DNA from: Candidatus Babeliales bacterium
GTDB lineage: Bacteria > Babelota > Babeliae > Babelales > JACPOV01
DNA length: 64,000 bases
Assembly (NCBI GenBank): GCA_036260945.1
Contig: DATALT010000002.1
Span: 876,529-940,528 of the forward strand
Direction: 5' to 3'
Shown one piece after another: positions 26,225 to 34,812 of this stretch. The position numbers and the translations under genes are program-made. The notes below the pieces were generated by a model. The model ran no database searches, had not been told where the DNA came from, and worked only from the letters and a program-made list of their open reading frames with translations. Within the stretch, counting starts at the first letter, position 1. Every line of letters starts with the position of its first letter.

Positions 26225-27547
26225 CTAATAGCTTGATTTTCGCATCTCTTTGGCAATAAGTGGCAATAGCCACAATAATCCTAAAATATTAATTATTAGC
26301 AACCCTGCATTTACCAGGTCACTCAAATTCCAAACTAAATCGACCCTACTAATCGAACCAAAAAATGCGGAGAGTGGAAAAATGATTTTGAAAAGCCGCT
26401 CAAATCGGCCGTTTGTCACAAAAAGCCAACAAGAAAGCGAAACGTAAGCGTATGAAATCATCACGCCAAGCCCAAAAACAAGCGATAAAATCGTAACGAT
26501 TAATCCACCAAAAGATCCAAAAACTGTTTCATAGGCGGCGATAGTCAACGCCAATCCTGTTTGGCCTGAATGGGCGACACCCGTCATTACAATAATTAAA
26601 GCCACCAAAAAACACACAAGATTTGCGCTCATGAAAACGCTGAGCATAGATAAAATCCCGTTTTTTCTTGGCTCAGCAATATTAGTGCCTCCAAAAAATA
26701 CGGCAGCTGAACCCAGGCCCGCCTCGGATGCGTTAATTGAGCGAGAAAAACCATAGCGCATCGCTTGTTGCACACCAAATCCTGCAGCGCCCCCAGCAAT
26801 TGCCGCTGAGCTAAATCCAGATCTAATAATGAGCGAAAGCGCAGGAACGAATTTATCATAATGATAAACAATAATGACAAGCGCCGTGCTAAAAAAAGCT
26901 AATACCTTAAAAGGAACCACCGCATCGACAATGCTAACAATTCGCTCCGCTCCGCCGGTAATTACATAAAACGCAAAGCTAAATAAAGCTAAACCCACCA
27001 ACCATGCAGGAACACCAAAAAGATAAACGCATCCCACGCACATCGAATTTGATTGCATTCCAGCGCTAGCTGCAAGGCCAAGAAAAAGGAGCAAAAGCGC
27101 ATACATACGAGAAAAAAAATGCCCTAAAGGAAGCCGCTGTAAATAAATCATCGGGCCGCCGACTGTTAAATCTGCTTGATGTTCAGGTTTAAAATAAGAA
27201 CCTAAAAAAACCTCCGCAAACCGCAAACCCATTCCTAAAAAACCAAAAATAAAAACCCATAATGCTGCTCCCGGGCCACCAGAAGCGACCGCTGTCGCCA
27301 TTCCGGCAATACTGCCATTTCCGGTACTGATGCTCAGCGCATTAAAAAGCGCTTCAAGCGGAGTCATATCCCCCTTACTTCGATTCATTTCTTTTTTAAG
27401 AGTGAGCCGCCACGCGGTAAAAAAATGGCGAAATTGAACAAACTGGCAGGCCACCGTTATTGTGGTAGCCGCAAAAAAGATAAAAAGTAGGAGCGGCCAG
27501 TGCCACAAATAATCGTTTATATATGCTATACTGCTATTGATATCCAC
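26225..27547 (-). CDS. alanine/glycine:cation symporter (AGCS) family amino-acid carrier
   Basis: STGNGSIAGMATAVASGGPGAALW signature, about 11 TM segments. Confidence 0.85.
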   Translation of the reverse strand: MDINSSIAYINDYLWHWPLLLFIFFAATTITVACQFVQFRHFFTAWRLTLKKEMNRSKGDMTPLEALFNALSISTGNGSIAGMATAVASGGPGAALWVFIFGFLGMGLRFAEVFLGSYFKPEHQADLTVGGPMIYLQRLPLGHFFSRMYALLLLFLGLAASAGMQSNSMCVGCVYLFGVPAWLVGLALFSFAFYVITGGAERIVSIVDAVVPFKVLAFFSTALVIIVYHYDKFVPALSLIIRSGFSSAAIAGGAAGFGVQQAMRYGFSRSINASEAGLGSAAVFFGGTNIAEPRKNGILSMLSVFMSANLVCFLVALIIVMTGVAHSGQTGLALTIAAYETVFGSFGGLIVTILSLVFGLGVMISYAYVSLSCWLFVTNGRFERLFKIIFPLSAFFGSISRVDLVWNLSDLVNAGLLIINILGLLWLLPLIAKEMRKSSY

Positions 27548-27647
27548 TGAAAAAGTCTCCTTGTTTCTAAACTAACATCGGTGTAGGTTATTGACTGTGC
27601 AGTCTATAACGCAAGAATATTTTTATCCATTATAAAGCGATCCTAAA

Positions 27648-28058
27648 ATGAAACTCCTAGCTCTTGATCTTGGCGACCAATGGACCGGCATCGCTATTTC
27701 CGATTCTCTTTTATATACCGCAAAGCCAGATCAGGCTATTGCTACAACTGCGCTCAATAAAACGCTCGCTCAAATAATTGCAAAAGAATCTATTAAAACA
27801 ATTATTATCGGGCTGCCCATAACGCTCAAAGCGCGTGAAAGTGAGCAAACTACTAAAGTACGTGTAATGAAAGAAAAACTGGAAAAAGCGTTTCCCGAAA
27901 TAAGTTTTATCTTATGGGACGAACGATTGACCAGTAAACAGGCGGCAGAATTAAAGCCAGTTCGCAATAAAGAAGAAAAATTGCATAGGCATGCAATCGC
28001 CGCAGCGTTTATTTTGCAGTCCTACCTCGATTATTTGCAATACCAGAAAAATATATAA
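27648..28058 (+). CDS. ruvX: putative pre-16S rRNA nuclease / Holliday junction resolvase-like YqgF
   Basis: MKLLALDLGDQWTGIAISD N-terminus and DERLTS motif, 136 aa. Confidence 0.9.
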   Translation: MKLLALDLGDQWTGIAISDSLLYTAKPDQAIATTALNKTLAQIIAKESIKTIIIGLPITLKARESEQTTKVRVMKEKLEKAFPEISFILWDERLTSKQAAELKPVRNKEEKLHRHAIAAAFILQSYLDYLQYQKNI

Positions 28059-28232
28059 AAAAAGAGTTCCTAAAATACTCAATTTGTTATACTAATATGA
28101 TATGCTGGTTAAAAAAGAGACGAGAGTAATCGAAGCAAGCATCCAACAGCATACCATTTAAAAAAGCTGGTATTCTTGAGGGTTCCCATTTGTTTTCTTA
28201 AGAAAATAGATGGGATAAAAAAAGGAGTGGTT

Positions 28233-28412
28233 ATGCGGTGCAAAAAATGCGCAGGGCTTATGGTTCTGCAATCTTTTTTTGATCATTTTTTAAATTTTGA
28301 AGGATGGAAGTGTTTAAATTGTGGCAAAGTAATTGCCAAAAAAGAAAAGACACTTGAATATGATGCGTTTAGCATCTTCCATCAGCAACAAAAATGCAAA
28401 AACCGAAAATAG
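28233..28412 (+). CDS. small zinc-ribbon protein
   Basis: CKKC...(26 aa)...CLNC pair. ATG at 28233 with a GGAG SD. Its stop abuts the tsaB ATG at 28414. Confidence 0.45.
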   Translation: MRCKKCAGLMVLQSFFDHFLNFEGWKCLNCGKVIAKKEKTLEYDAFSIFHQQQKCKNRK

Positions 28413-28413
28413 A

Positions 28414-29094
28414 ATGAGTTTATTTTTTTTAGCCGTGCAAGCTACGTACACCTCACTAGAAGTTGGGATTTATCGCGACCAACAACAGCTTGCAATTAAG
28501 CAACTTGAAAAAACTTCGAGTAATTTATTAATTGATACCATTGCTGCACTTCTGAAACAACAGAATCTTTCGCTAATAAATCTCGCATTTATCGCAGTAA
28601 ATAGAGGACCGGCTCCTTTTACCTCGCTGCGCGTTGCTCTTGCAACCGTCAACGGGATAGCTTTCAGTTCTGGCATTAAACTTGTAGGCGTCGACGGTTT
28701 GCGCACCTTCGCGCAAGCAGAAAGCGCTCCAGATTTTCCGCCAACCGCCTTTCTATTAAACGCGTTTAATAACGATGTTTATTATGCGGTTAAATTGCCA
28801 AATACAGAACTTGAAATCGGATGTGCTCCGATAGATGATGTTTTGTCACAGATCTCAAAAAAAGATGCGCATCATTGGCGCTTTATGGGCAATGGAGCAA
28901 TACTTTTTAAAGAAAAAATCGATTCTCTGTTTAAAAAGAGCACGATCGAAACAGAACCAATCTATCCTTCATTGCTATCGGTTGCTCACGCAGCCTTTTC
29001 ATCGTGGCAAAAAAAAGCATTAATTATCGATCGAGCGCTTCCGCTTTATTTAAAAGAAACGCACTACAAAAAAAGCGCTCTAAATCACAACTAG
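28414..29094 (+). CDS. tsaB: tRNA t6A37 biosynthesis protein TsaB (YeaZ)-like
   Basis: LAVQATYTSLEVGIY and VNRGPAPFTSLRVALATVNGIA (GPGSFTGLR-type motif). Start moved to the ATG at 28414. Confidence 0.7.
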   Translation: MSLFFLAVQATYTSLEVGIYRDQQQLAIKQLEKTSSNLLIDTIAALLKQQNLSLINLAFIAVNRGPAPFTSLRVALATVNGIAFSSGIKLVGVDGLRTFAQAESAPDFPPTAFLLNAFNNDVYYAVKLPNTELEIGCAPIDDVLSQISKKDAHHWRFMGNGAILFKEKIDSLFKKSTIETEPIYPSLLSVAHAAFSSWQKKALIIDRALPLYLKETHYKKSALNHN

Positions 29095-29169
29095 AAAAAA
29101 CCTATTATTGCATTATTGTCATACTTTTTACTATTTTAAAAATCGATAGTTATTAAAAAGGGCAGCTCA

Positions 29170-29367
29170 ATGCATAAATTATATAAAAAAGCGGTCAATT
29201 ATTTTTCTCATCACGTGATGCTCGGGCATACAGTTCACTTTGCCGGTGGATTTGGCCTTGCATTACTCTTGCAATATTATGTGCAAGGAAGCGCATTTTT
29301 ACCCCCCGTTGTAGGCTGGGTACTTTTAGCAATTTCACTCGCTGCTCATATTCTTCCATTTGCATAA
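29170..29367 (+). CDS. small 2-TM membrane protein (tandem paralog 1)
   Basis: HFAGGFGLALLLQYYVQGSAFLPPVVGWVLLAISLAAHILPF aligns residue for residue with the next ORF. Confidence 0.5.
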   Translation: MHKLYKKAVNYFSHHVMLGHTVHFAGGFGLALLLQYYVQGSAFLPPVVGWVLLAISLAAHILPFA

Positions 29368-29378
29368 AGAGGTGTATT

Positions 29379-29579
29379 ATGTCTGAGATTCATTTAAAAA
29401 TAATGTCTTTTTTCGGTCAACATATTATTTTTGCAAACCTAACCCATTTGGCTGCAGGATTTGGAATCGCAGTTTTGCTGCAATATTACAAAAAAGGTAA
29501 TTCTTTTGTGCCGCCATTGATTGGATGGGTATGTGTCGCCTTTGCAGCTGTTGCGCATCTCATTGCTTTTTTTAGCTAA
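29379..29579 (+). CDS. small 2-TM membrane protein (tandem paralog 2)
   Basis: HLAAGFGIAVLLQYYKKGNSFVPPLIGWVCVAFAAVAHLIAFF. GAGG-type SD upstream. Confidence 0.5.
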   Translation: MSEIHLKIMSFFGQHIIFANLTHLAAGFGIAVLLQYYKKGNSFVPPLIGWVCVAFAAVAHLIAFFS

Positions 29580-29588
29580 GATTATAAA

Positions 29589-30371
29589 TCAATCTTCATT
29601 TTGATTTGCATCTGGTATCTCAGTAGTGATCGGGCCCCGAGAAAGGCCGCGAATGAATTGATACACATAGGGATTATCACAATCCCAAATCGTTTTTGCG
29701 TCCCCAAAATACCGAATCTCCCCTTCATGCAAGAGCGCGACGTTATCCGCAAATTTGAATATTTCAACATCGTGCGAAATAACGATCGAAGTAATAGAAA
29801 GGCGGCATTGCATATCGTACATCAGTTCATGAATAACGCGTGAAGTAACAGGATCAAGCCCGGTTGTCGGTTCATCATAAAGAATCACTTTGGGCTGCAT
29901 TATAAGAGTGCGAGCCAAACCGACACGCTTTTTCATACCGCCAGAAAGTTCTGAAGGATATTTATAAAGTACATCTTGGGGCAAATTAACGAGTGCCAAC
30001 TTTTCGCGAACAATAGGCAGCACTTGATCAATCGCAATTCCCGCTTCAAGCAACGAAATGCCAATATTTTCAAAAACATTCAATGAATCGAGTAGCGCTG
30101 CAAACTGAAAAACATAACCAAACTCTTTAAAAACAGATTCTAATTGCTCGCCATCGAGTTGTGTAATATCCCGTCCATCCACAACAATCGCGCCAGAAGT
30201 GGGGGCGATCAGCCCAATAATTTGCTTGAGCAAAACAGATTTGCCTTCACCAGAGCGACCAATAATAACGGTCATTTGATGATCTGGGATTTTTAAATTA
30301 ACGCCGCGTGTAATCAAGCGGCCGTCAAACTCTTTTCTTAAATCTTTGATCTCAATCATTCTATTCCTCAC
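29589..30371 (-). CDS. mlaF: ABC transporter ATP-binding protein, MlaF-like
   Basis: Walker A GRSGEGKS, signature LSGGMKKRVGLAR, Walker B ILYDEPTTGLD. Directly follows the permease. Confidence 0.8.
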   Translation of the reverse strand: MRNRMIEIKDLRKEFDGRLITRGVNLKIPDHQMTVIIGRSGEGKSVLLKQIIGLIAPTSGAIVVDGRDITQLDGEQLESVFKEFGYVFQFAALLDSLNVFENIGISLLEAGIAIDQVLPIVREKLALVNLPQDVLYKYPSELSGGMKKRVGLARTLIMQPKVILYDEPTTGLDPVTSRVIHELMYDMQCRLSITSIVISHDVEIFKFADNVALLHEGEIRYFGDAKTIWDCDNPYVYQFIRGLSRGPITTEIPDANQNED

Positions 30372-31148
30372 TCAAAACAAAAATGCGGTCAAAAAATAGT
30401 TTGCGATCAAGATCATTATCGATGCAACCACAACGCTTTGAGTCGTTGCACGGCCAACGCCGCGCGCTCCGCCTTTGGTGTTATACCCCTTGTATGCACC
30501 AACCCATGCAAGAATGAGCCCAAAAACACTCGATTTAAAAAGCCCCTTTATAACATCTTGCAGCTGCAAATGGCGCGCAATGCCGTTCAAATATTGATGA
30601 CCATTAAGCCCAAGCACATACACCGCAATTGCATATCCGCCAAGGGTCCCAAATACAAAAGCAAACAGCGTAAGAAAGGGAAGCATTAGAGTGCTTGCAA
30701 CAATGCGAGGCACCACTAAGTATTGCCACGTATTAATGCAAAGAGTACGAAGTGCGTCAATTTGTTCCGTAATTCGCATAGTGCCAATTTCTGCAGCGAT
30801 TGCAGAACCGGCTCTGCCGGTTACCATCAATCCAGTAAGTACGGGCGCTAGTTCTCTTGAAAGAGAAAGAGCAACGATTGGCCCCATAAACTCGTGGCCG
30901 CCAAATCGTTTAAATCCGATATAGGTTTGGAATGCTATCACTGCCCCGCCAAACGTTCCCGTAAGCACGACAATGCTGAGTGAATCCACGCCGATTGTTT
31001 GCATTTGAGCAAACGTTTTTCCGATTTTCAAACGAGTGGTAAATAGAGTTTTTGCGCAAATAGCAAAAAAAATAATAAAGGAACCAAATCGATTGCAAAC
31101 ATTAAGCACGTACCGGCCAATTTCGTCAACTACCTTTATAAAGGCCAT
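30372..31148 (-). CDS. mlaE: ABC transporter permease, MlaE-like
   Basis: ~258 aa. MlaE-type pattern (GVDSLSIVVLTG..GAV.A.Q, ITEQIDALR, LPFLT). Confidence 0.8.
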   Translation of the reverse strand: MAFIKVVDEIGRYVLNVCNRFGSFIIFFAICAKTLFTTRLKIGKTFAQMQTIGVDSLSIVVLTGTFGGAVIAFQTYIGFKRFGGHEFMGPIVALSLSRELAPVLTGLMVTGRAGSAIAAEIGTMRITEQIDALRTLCINTWQYLVVPRIVASTLMLPFLTLFAFVFGTLGGYAIAVYVLGLNGHQYLNGIARHLQLQDVIKGLFKSSVFGLILAWVGAYKGYNTKGGARGVGRATTQSVVVASIMILIANYFLTAFLF

Positions 31149-31181
31149 GCACGATCCAAATTTATCAGCAAAAAAGGATAA

Positions 31182-31487
31182 TTATAACGAAGGTTGCTGC
31201 CAGCTAACCGATTGTGCGCCGGTTAAATAACGCGCTGAACGAACTTCACTCGATTTATACAGCGAAAGGAAAAGTGAACCGCCCATAAAAATCGCACCCA
31301 GCACCCAGGTCATTTTTTGAAACATATCTTGGCCGCCAGAACCACCAAAAAGAAGTTGGGTACCGCCGCCCAAGTTACCAAGGCCCATGCTGCCTTTCCC
31401 TTTTTGTATGAGCACCAAAAGCATCAAAAATAGGCAACAAAAAACGTAAAGGGAGACGAGCAAACCGAAAATCATAAGAAACCTCAA
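31182..31487 (-). CDS. secG: preprotein translocase subunit SecG
   Basis: LLVLIQKGKGSMGLGNLGGG signature, two TM segments, 101 aa. Confidence 0.85.
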   Translation of the reverse strand: MRFLMIFGLLVSLYVFCCLFLMLLVLIQKGKGSMGLGNLGGGTQLLFGGSGGQDMFQKMTWVLGAIFMGGSLFLSLYKSSEVRSARYLTGAQSVSWQQPSL

Positions 31488-31501
31488 ACCGGTAATGAAA
31501 G

Positions 31502-32272
31502 TTATTCTACAGACGATAATACTATTTTTTTGAGCGTTTGAAAATCGGTACTCGCTTTACCGACGAGCAATCCCCGTAACAATGCGATTTTCCAGAATTT
31601 GCTGGCGTTGCCCTCGTCAACACTTCCGCCATATAAAAACCCGATAGTATGCTGAGCCGACAATGAAACAAAAAACGCATCGAGGCGCTCAAAAATAGTT
31701 TGAATATAATCTGCTTGAGGAATTTTTCCGGTACCAATGGCCCAAATTGGTTCATAGGCAATATAGATAGTTTTGCTGCCTTCTATTTTTTGCAGCGCGG
31801 CCAAAACGGGGCCTAACTGGTGCTCTAAAACCTCTTGCACCGATCCTGCATTAAACTGCTCGTTTGTTTCGCCGATGCAAAAGATCGGTATAAGATTATT
31901 GGCGAATGCCTGTTCAATTTTGTGTTGCAACAGTTGATCGTTTTCGTGTGATCGAGCTCTTTCTTCGCTGTGCGCTATAATGCAGTAACTACACCCAATC
32001 TCTGCCAGTGAGCGTGCCGAAATTTGGCCCGTATACGCACCGGAATAAAATGCGGCGCATGTTTGCGCACCAAGAAGCACATTTGATTTTTGTATTACTG
32101 AATGAACAAGGCTCAAGCTTTCGGCTGATGGACAAATAACTGCTTTGCAATCAACAAAAGCGGAGAGCGCCTGCAAAATCTCAGTGTTTTTTTCTATACG
32201 ATCTTTAACTTCGCTACATGAAAGATACATTTTCCAATTTGCGACAACAATACGCGCAGCATTCCGCTTCAT
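31502..32272 (-). CDS. tpiA: triosephosphate isomerase
   Basis: VANWKMY, IIAHSEER, AYEPIWAIGTGK. Confidence 0.93.
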   Translation of the reverse strand: MKRNAARIVVANWKMYLSCSEVKDRIEKNTEILQALSAFVDCKAVICPSAESLSLVHSVIQKSNVLLGAQTCAAFYSGAYTGQISARSLAEIGCSYCIIAHSEERARSHENDQLLQHKIEQAFANNLIPIFCIGETNEQFNAGSVQEVLEHQLGPVLAALQKIEGSKTIYIAYEPIWAIGTGKIPQADYIQTIFERLDAFFVSLSAQHTIGFLYGGSVDEGNASKFWKIALLRGLLVGKASTDFQTLKKIVLSSVE

Positions 32273-32446
32273 ATTTTACCTTTTTTTGAAATGTCTTCTT
32301 TGGCAAAAATAACAGTTAGCTAACAAAAAATCCAACTTAGAAAATTGACAAATATCTAATATACAGAAAGAATTTACTTCTGGGCATATTAAACAATTAG
32401 AGAATGCTTTACCAACACTATAATAAACTCTAACTACTTGACCCCT

Positions 32447-32485
32447 AAATAAGCGCTTGGAAAATTCTAAGCGCTTATTTTTTTA
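32447..32485 (+). terminator. orphan rho-independent terminator in a divergent intergenic region
   Basis: AAATAAGCGCTT-ggaaaattct-AAGCGCTTATTT (12-bp stem) followed by TTTTT. No annotated plus-strand gene lies upstream. Confidence 0.45.
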
Positions 32486-32567
32486 AAAAACCTTAATAAA
32501 CAATAGTTTTTTTGATCCATCCAGCTATTATTAATAGGCAAAATTTATTGTTATTAATGGAATCACA

Positions 32568-33680
32568 ATGATCAGTCAACTATTCCTACTGCTTTCGATC
32601 ATATCGTTTTTTTCGCTTAACTCGATGGAAGGGAATAAAACTTCCTTAGACGATTACATAGCAAAAAATCTTGAAAATTATTCTACCTATCATGAAACTC
32701 CGATTAACGGTTTGACTCTCTATGATCTTTCTGAAAAAATGCCAGAAGCGCTTGAAAAAAGTGTCTTCGAATGGGCAACAAAGAATAAGGGTTTTCTACA
32801 GATTGCAATTCGACTTAATAAAGAATTTGATTTAAAAAATCCTCCATCTGAGCAAACTCTCCAAGAGCTTTCTAAACTTCTAGCTCACTGTAAATTTGAA
32901 AATAAATCTGCAGAAAATGTGATTATTCCTGTGCAATTTGAAAACGAGAATTGGTTTATTAAATTTGCAGGCCCGTTACGCAGATGGCAAACGCTTAATG
33001 CGACCGCAATCTGCTGCCAAAAAGAAGTGCCGGTTGAAAAATTGATAACCTATCAAACACCCAGTAGCGCCGCCTACAACCTTCACTATCAAAAAATATT
33101 CCAACAGGAAAAAATAGAGCACGTAGAACTTCCGCCAACATACCTTGCGCACGTGCCAGGCCGTCCACCCTTACAGGAAGGTGTTTCTGATGAGAATTGC
33201 TTTATCGTTCAAAAAGAGGTTAAATATTTTTCACTTCTGAAGAATAATCTCGACGATTTACATCACATTCCTGAAGCTGCTATAAAAAATCTGCTAACTC
33301 TTATGGTTAAAGGTCCGCTCTTCGATTTAGAACACAATTTGGCTTTTAATCGTTCTACAAAAAATTTTATTATGGTAGACCTGGAGCAATCATGGGGAGA
33401 GTCTGGGTATTTCTTTTTTCAAAGAAATGATGCAATGATCAGGAAAAAGATTGGCCAAAGTATTTTAGGATTTTTATCTTTGTTGCTTAGAGGCTCCGAG
33501 CGCTACCCCTCAGAAAATCTTAAAAAAACTTATAACACCTTTTGCACGGAGCTCGATAAGTACAGCGAAATCAGCAGGGAGTTTAATCAAGATATCGGAA
33601 TTGCGCTCAAGCGATCGGCGATCGAAGAAATTTTTGACGAAGATGTATCATTAAAAAATAAATCTCTCAAAAGCGAGTAA
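32568..33680 (+). CDS. exported protein, family PKL-B (copy 1), kinase-like motif pattern
   Basis: Signal-like LFLLLSIISFFSLNS|ME. Motifs WFIKFAGPLRRW, ITYQT, CFIVQKEV, LFDLEHNLAFN, IMVDLEQ. Paralogs at 33688 and 59482. Confidence 0.65.
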   Translation: MISQLFLLLSIISFFSLNSMEGNKTSLDDYIAKNLENYSTYHETPINGLTLYDLSEKMPEALEKSVFEWATKNKGFLQIAIRLNKEFDLKNPPSEQTLQELSKLLAHCKFENKSAENVIIPVQFENENWFIKFAGPLRRWQTLNATAICCQKEVPVEKLITYQTPSSAAYNLHYQKIFQQEKIEHVELPPTYLAHVPGRPPLQEGVSDENCFIVQKEVKYFSLLKNNLDDLHHIPEAAIKNLLTLMVKGPLFDLEHNLAFNRSTKNFIMVDLEQSWGESGYFFFQRNDAMIRKKIGQSILGFLSLLLRGSERYPSENLKKTYNTFCTELDKYSEISREFNQDIGIALKRSAIEEIFDEDVSLKNKSLKSE

Positions 33681-33687
33681 CTAAATT

Positions 33688-34755
33688 ATGCATAAAGTTT
33701 TTTACACTGTTCTTATTATTTTTTCGTTTGCCAAAATAAACGCAATGGATTGGCAAAATAAAGAATCAATGCTCGACCCAAGCATCTATCAGCAGTATTG
33801 CGGAAAAGAGCTCAATCCTGAAAGTATTCTCGAACTTGCCGATCCGATGCCAAAAAACATTCAAAGCTTCTTTGATGAATGGACGAACGATAATAAAAAT
33901 TTTCTGGATAAAACGTTACCACCAAATAGCAAAATTGATATTTCGAAAAAAAACGATAGCCGCTACACTACCCTCTTCCAGTCTGACATACGTAATTTTG
34001 GCTACTTAAACGAGTCAGAACTGAATGCTGCATTACCAATTATGATTTCGACAGAAAAATTCTATTTCAAATACGCGGGTTTACTTCGCAGAGCATGGAA
34101 TCTGGAGGCAACACTTAAGCGTGATACATCGCTCAAGCAAAGCGATGAAGTTCTGACATTCCAGACGGTAACCCAAATCCCAGTCATCTTGCGCCTAAAA
34201 GAATGCATTCAAAAAGAAAAAATTACCGGCATTAAAATACCAAAAACCTATTTAGGTATCATACGCGATCGCCTAGCACCGGTTGCACACGATTATAACA
34301 CAATCCTTGTACAAGAAGAAATGGTGGGCTTCAAGCCGCTTTATCTCCAAACAAAAGAACTCGAAACCATCAGCCAGAAAACGGTGGATGATTTGATAAA
34401 GCTCATTGAAGTTGGGCCAATATTCGATATCACCGTAAATCTTTTGTTCAACCCAAAAACAAAAGAGCTTGGTCTCTGTGACCTTGAATTAGACTGGAAG
34501 CAGCCCGCTCAGGATTTTTTTAATAAAAATCAAGAAGCAATAAAACAAACAGTAGCAGACAGCATAAGCGGTCTTTTAAATTTGGCCAAAGAAGCAGGAG
34601 AAGACGCTCAACCAAAATCGGGCAGATCTTTTTTAGAAAAATTATATGGCAGTGTTTATTATAATCCATCGTTGCTTAAAAAGCTCGACCATACCCAGCT
34701 TGAAAAAATTGGAAACGCCTACGACCAAGCGGAAGCTAGTCTGTTTTGCAACTAA
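33688..34755 (+). CDS. exported protein, family PKL-B (copy 2)
   Basis: Signal-like VFYTVLIIFSFAKINA|MD. Motifs FYFKYAGLLRRAW, LTFQT, ILVQEEM, IFDITVNLLFN, LCDLELD. Confidence 0.65.
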   Translation: MHKVFYTVLIIFSFAKINAMDWQNKESMLDPSIYQQYCGKELNPESILELADPMPKNIQSFFDEWTNDNKNFLDKTLPPNSKIDISKKNDSRYTTLFQSDIRNFGYLNESELNAALPIMISTEKFYFKYAGLLRRAWNLEATLKRDTSLKQSDEVLTFQTVTQIPVILRLKECIQKEKITGIKIPKTYLGIIRDRLAPVAHDYNTILVQEEMVGFKPLYLQTKELETISQKTVDDLIKLIEVGPIFDITVNLLFNPKTKELGLCDLELDWKQPAQDFFNKNQEAIKQTVADSISGLLNLAKEAGEDAQPKSGRSFLEKLYGSVYYNPSLLKKLDHTQLEKIGNAYDQAEASLFCN

Positions 34756-34766
34756 AAATTGTCGAT

Positions 34767-34798
34767 GGCAAAAGCGTTCACGATAGAGCGCTTTTGCC
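34767..34798. terminator. hairpin between convergent genes (weak bidirectional terminator candidate)
   Basis: GGCAAAAGCG-(12 nt)-CGCTTTTGCC, a 10-bp perfect stem. Only a short T tract on the minus side. Confidence 0.35.
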
Positions 34799-34812
34799 AC
34801 TAAGATATGCTC

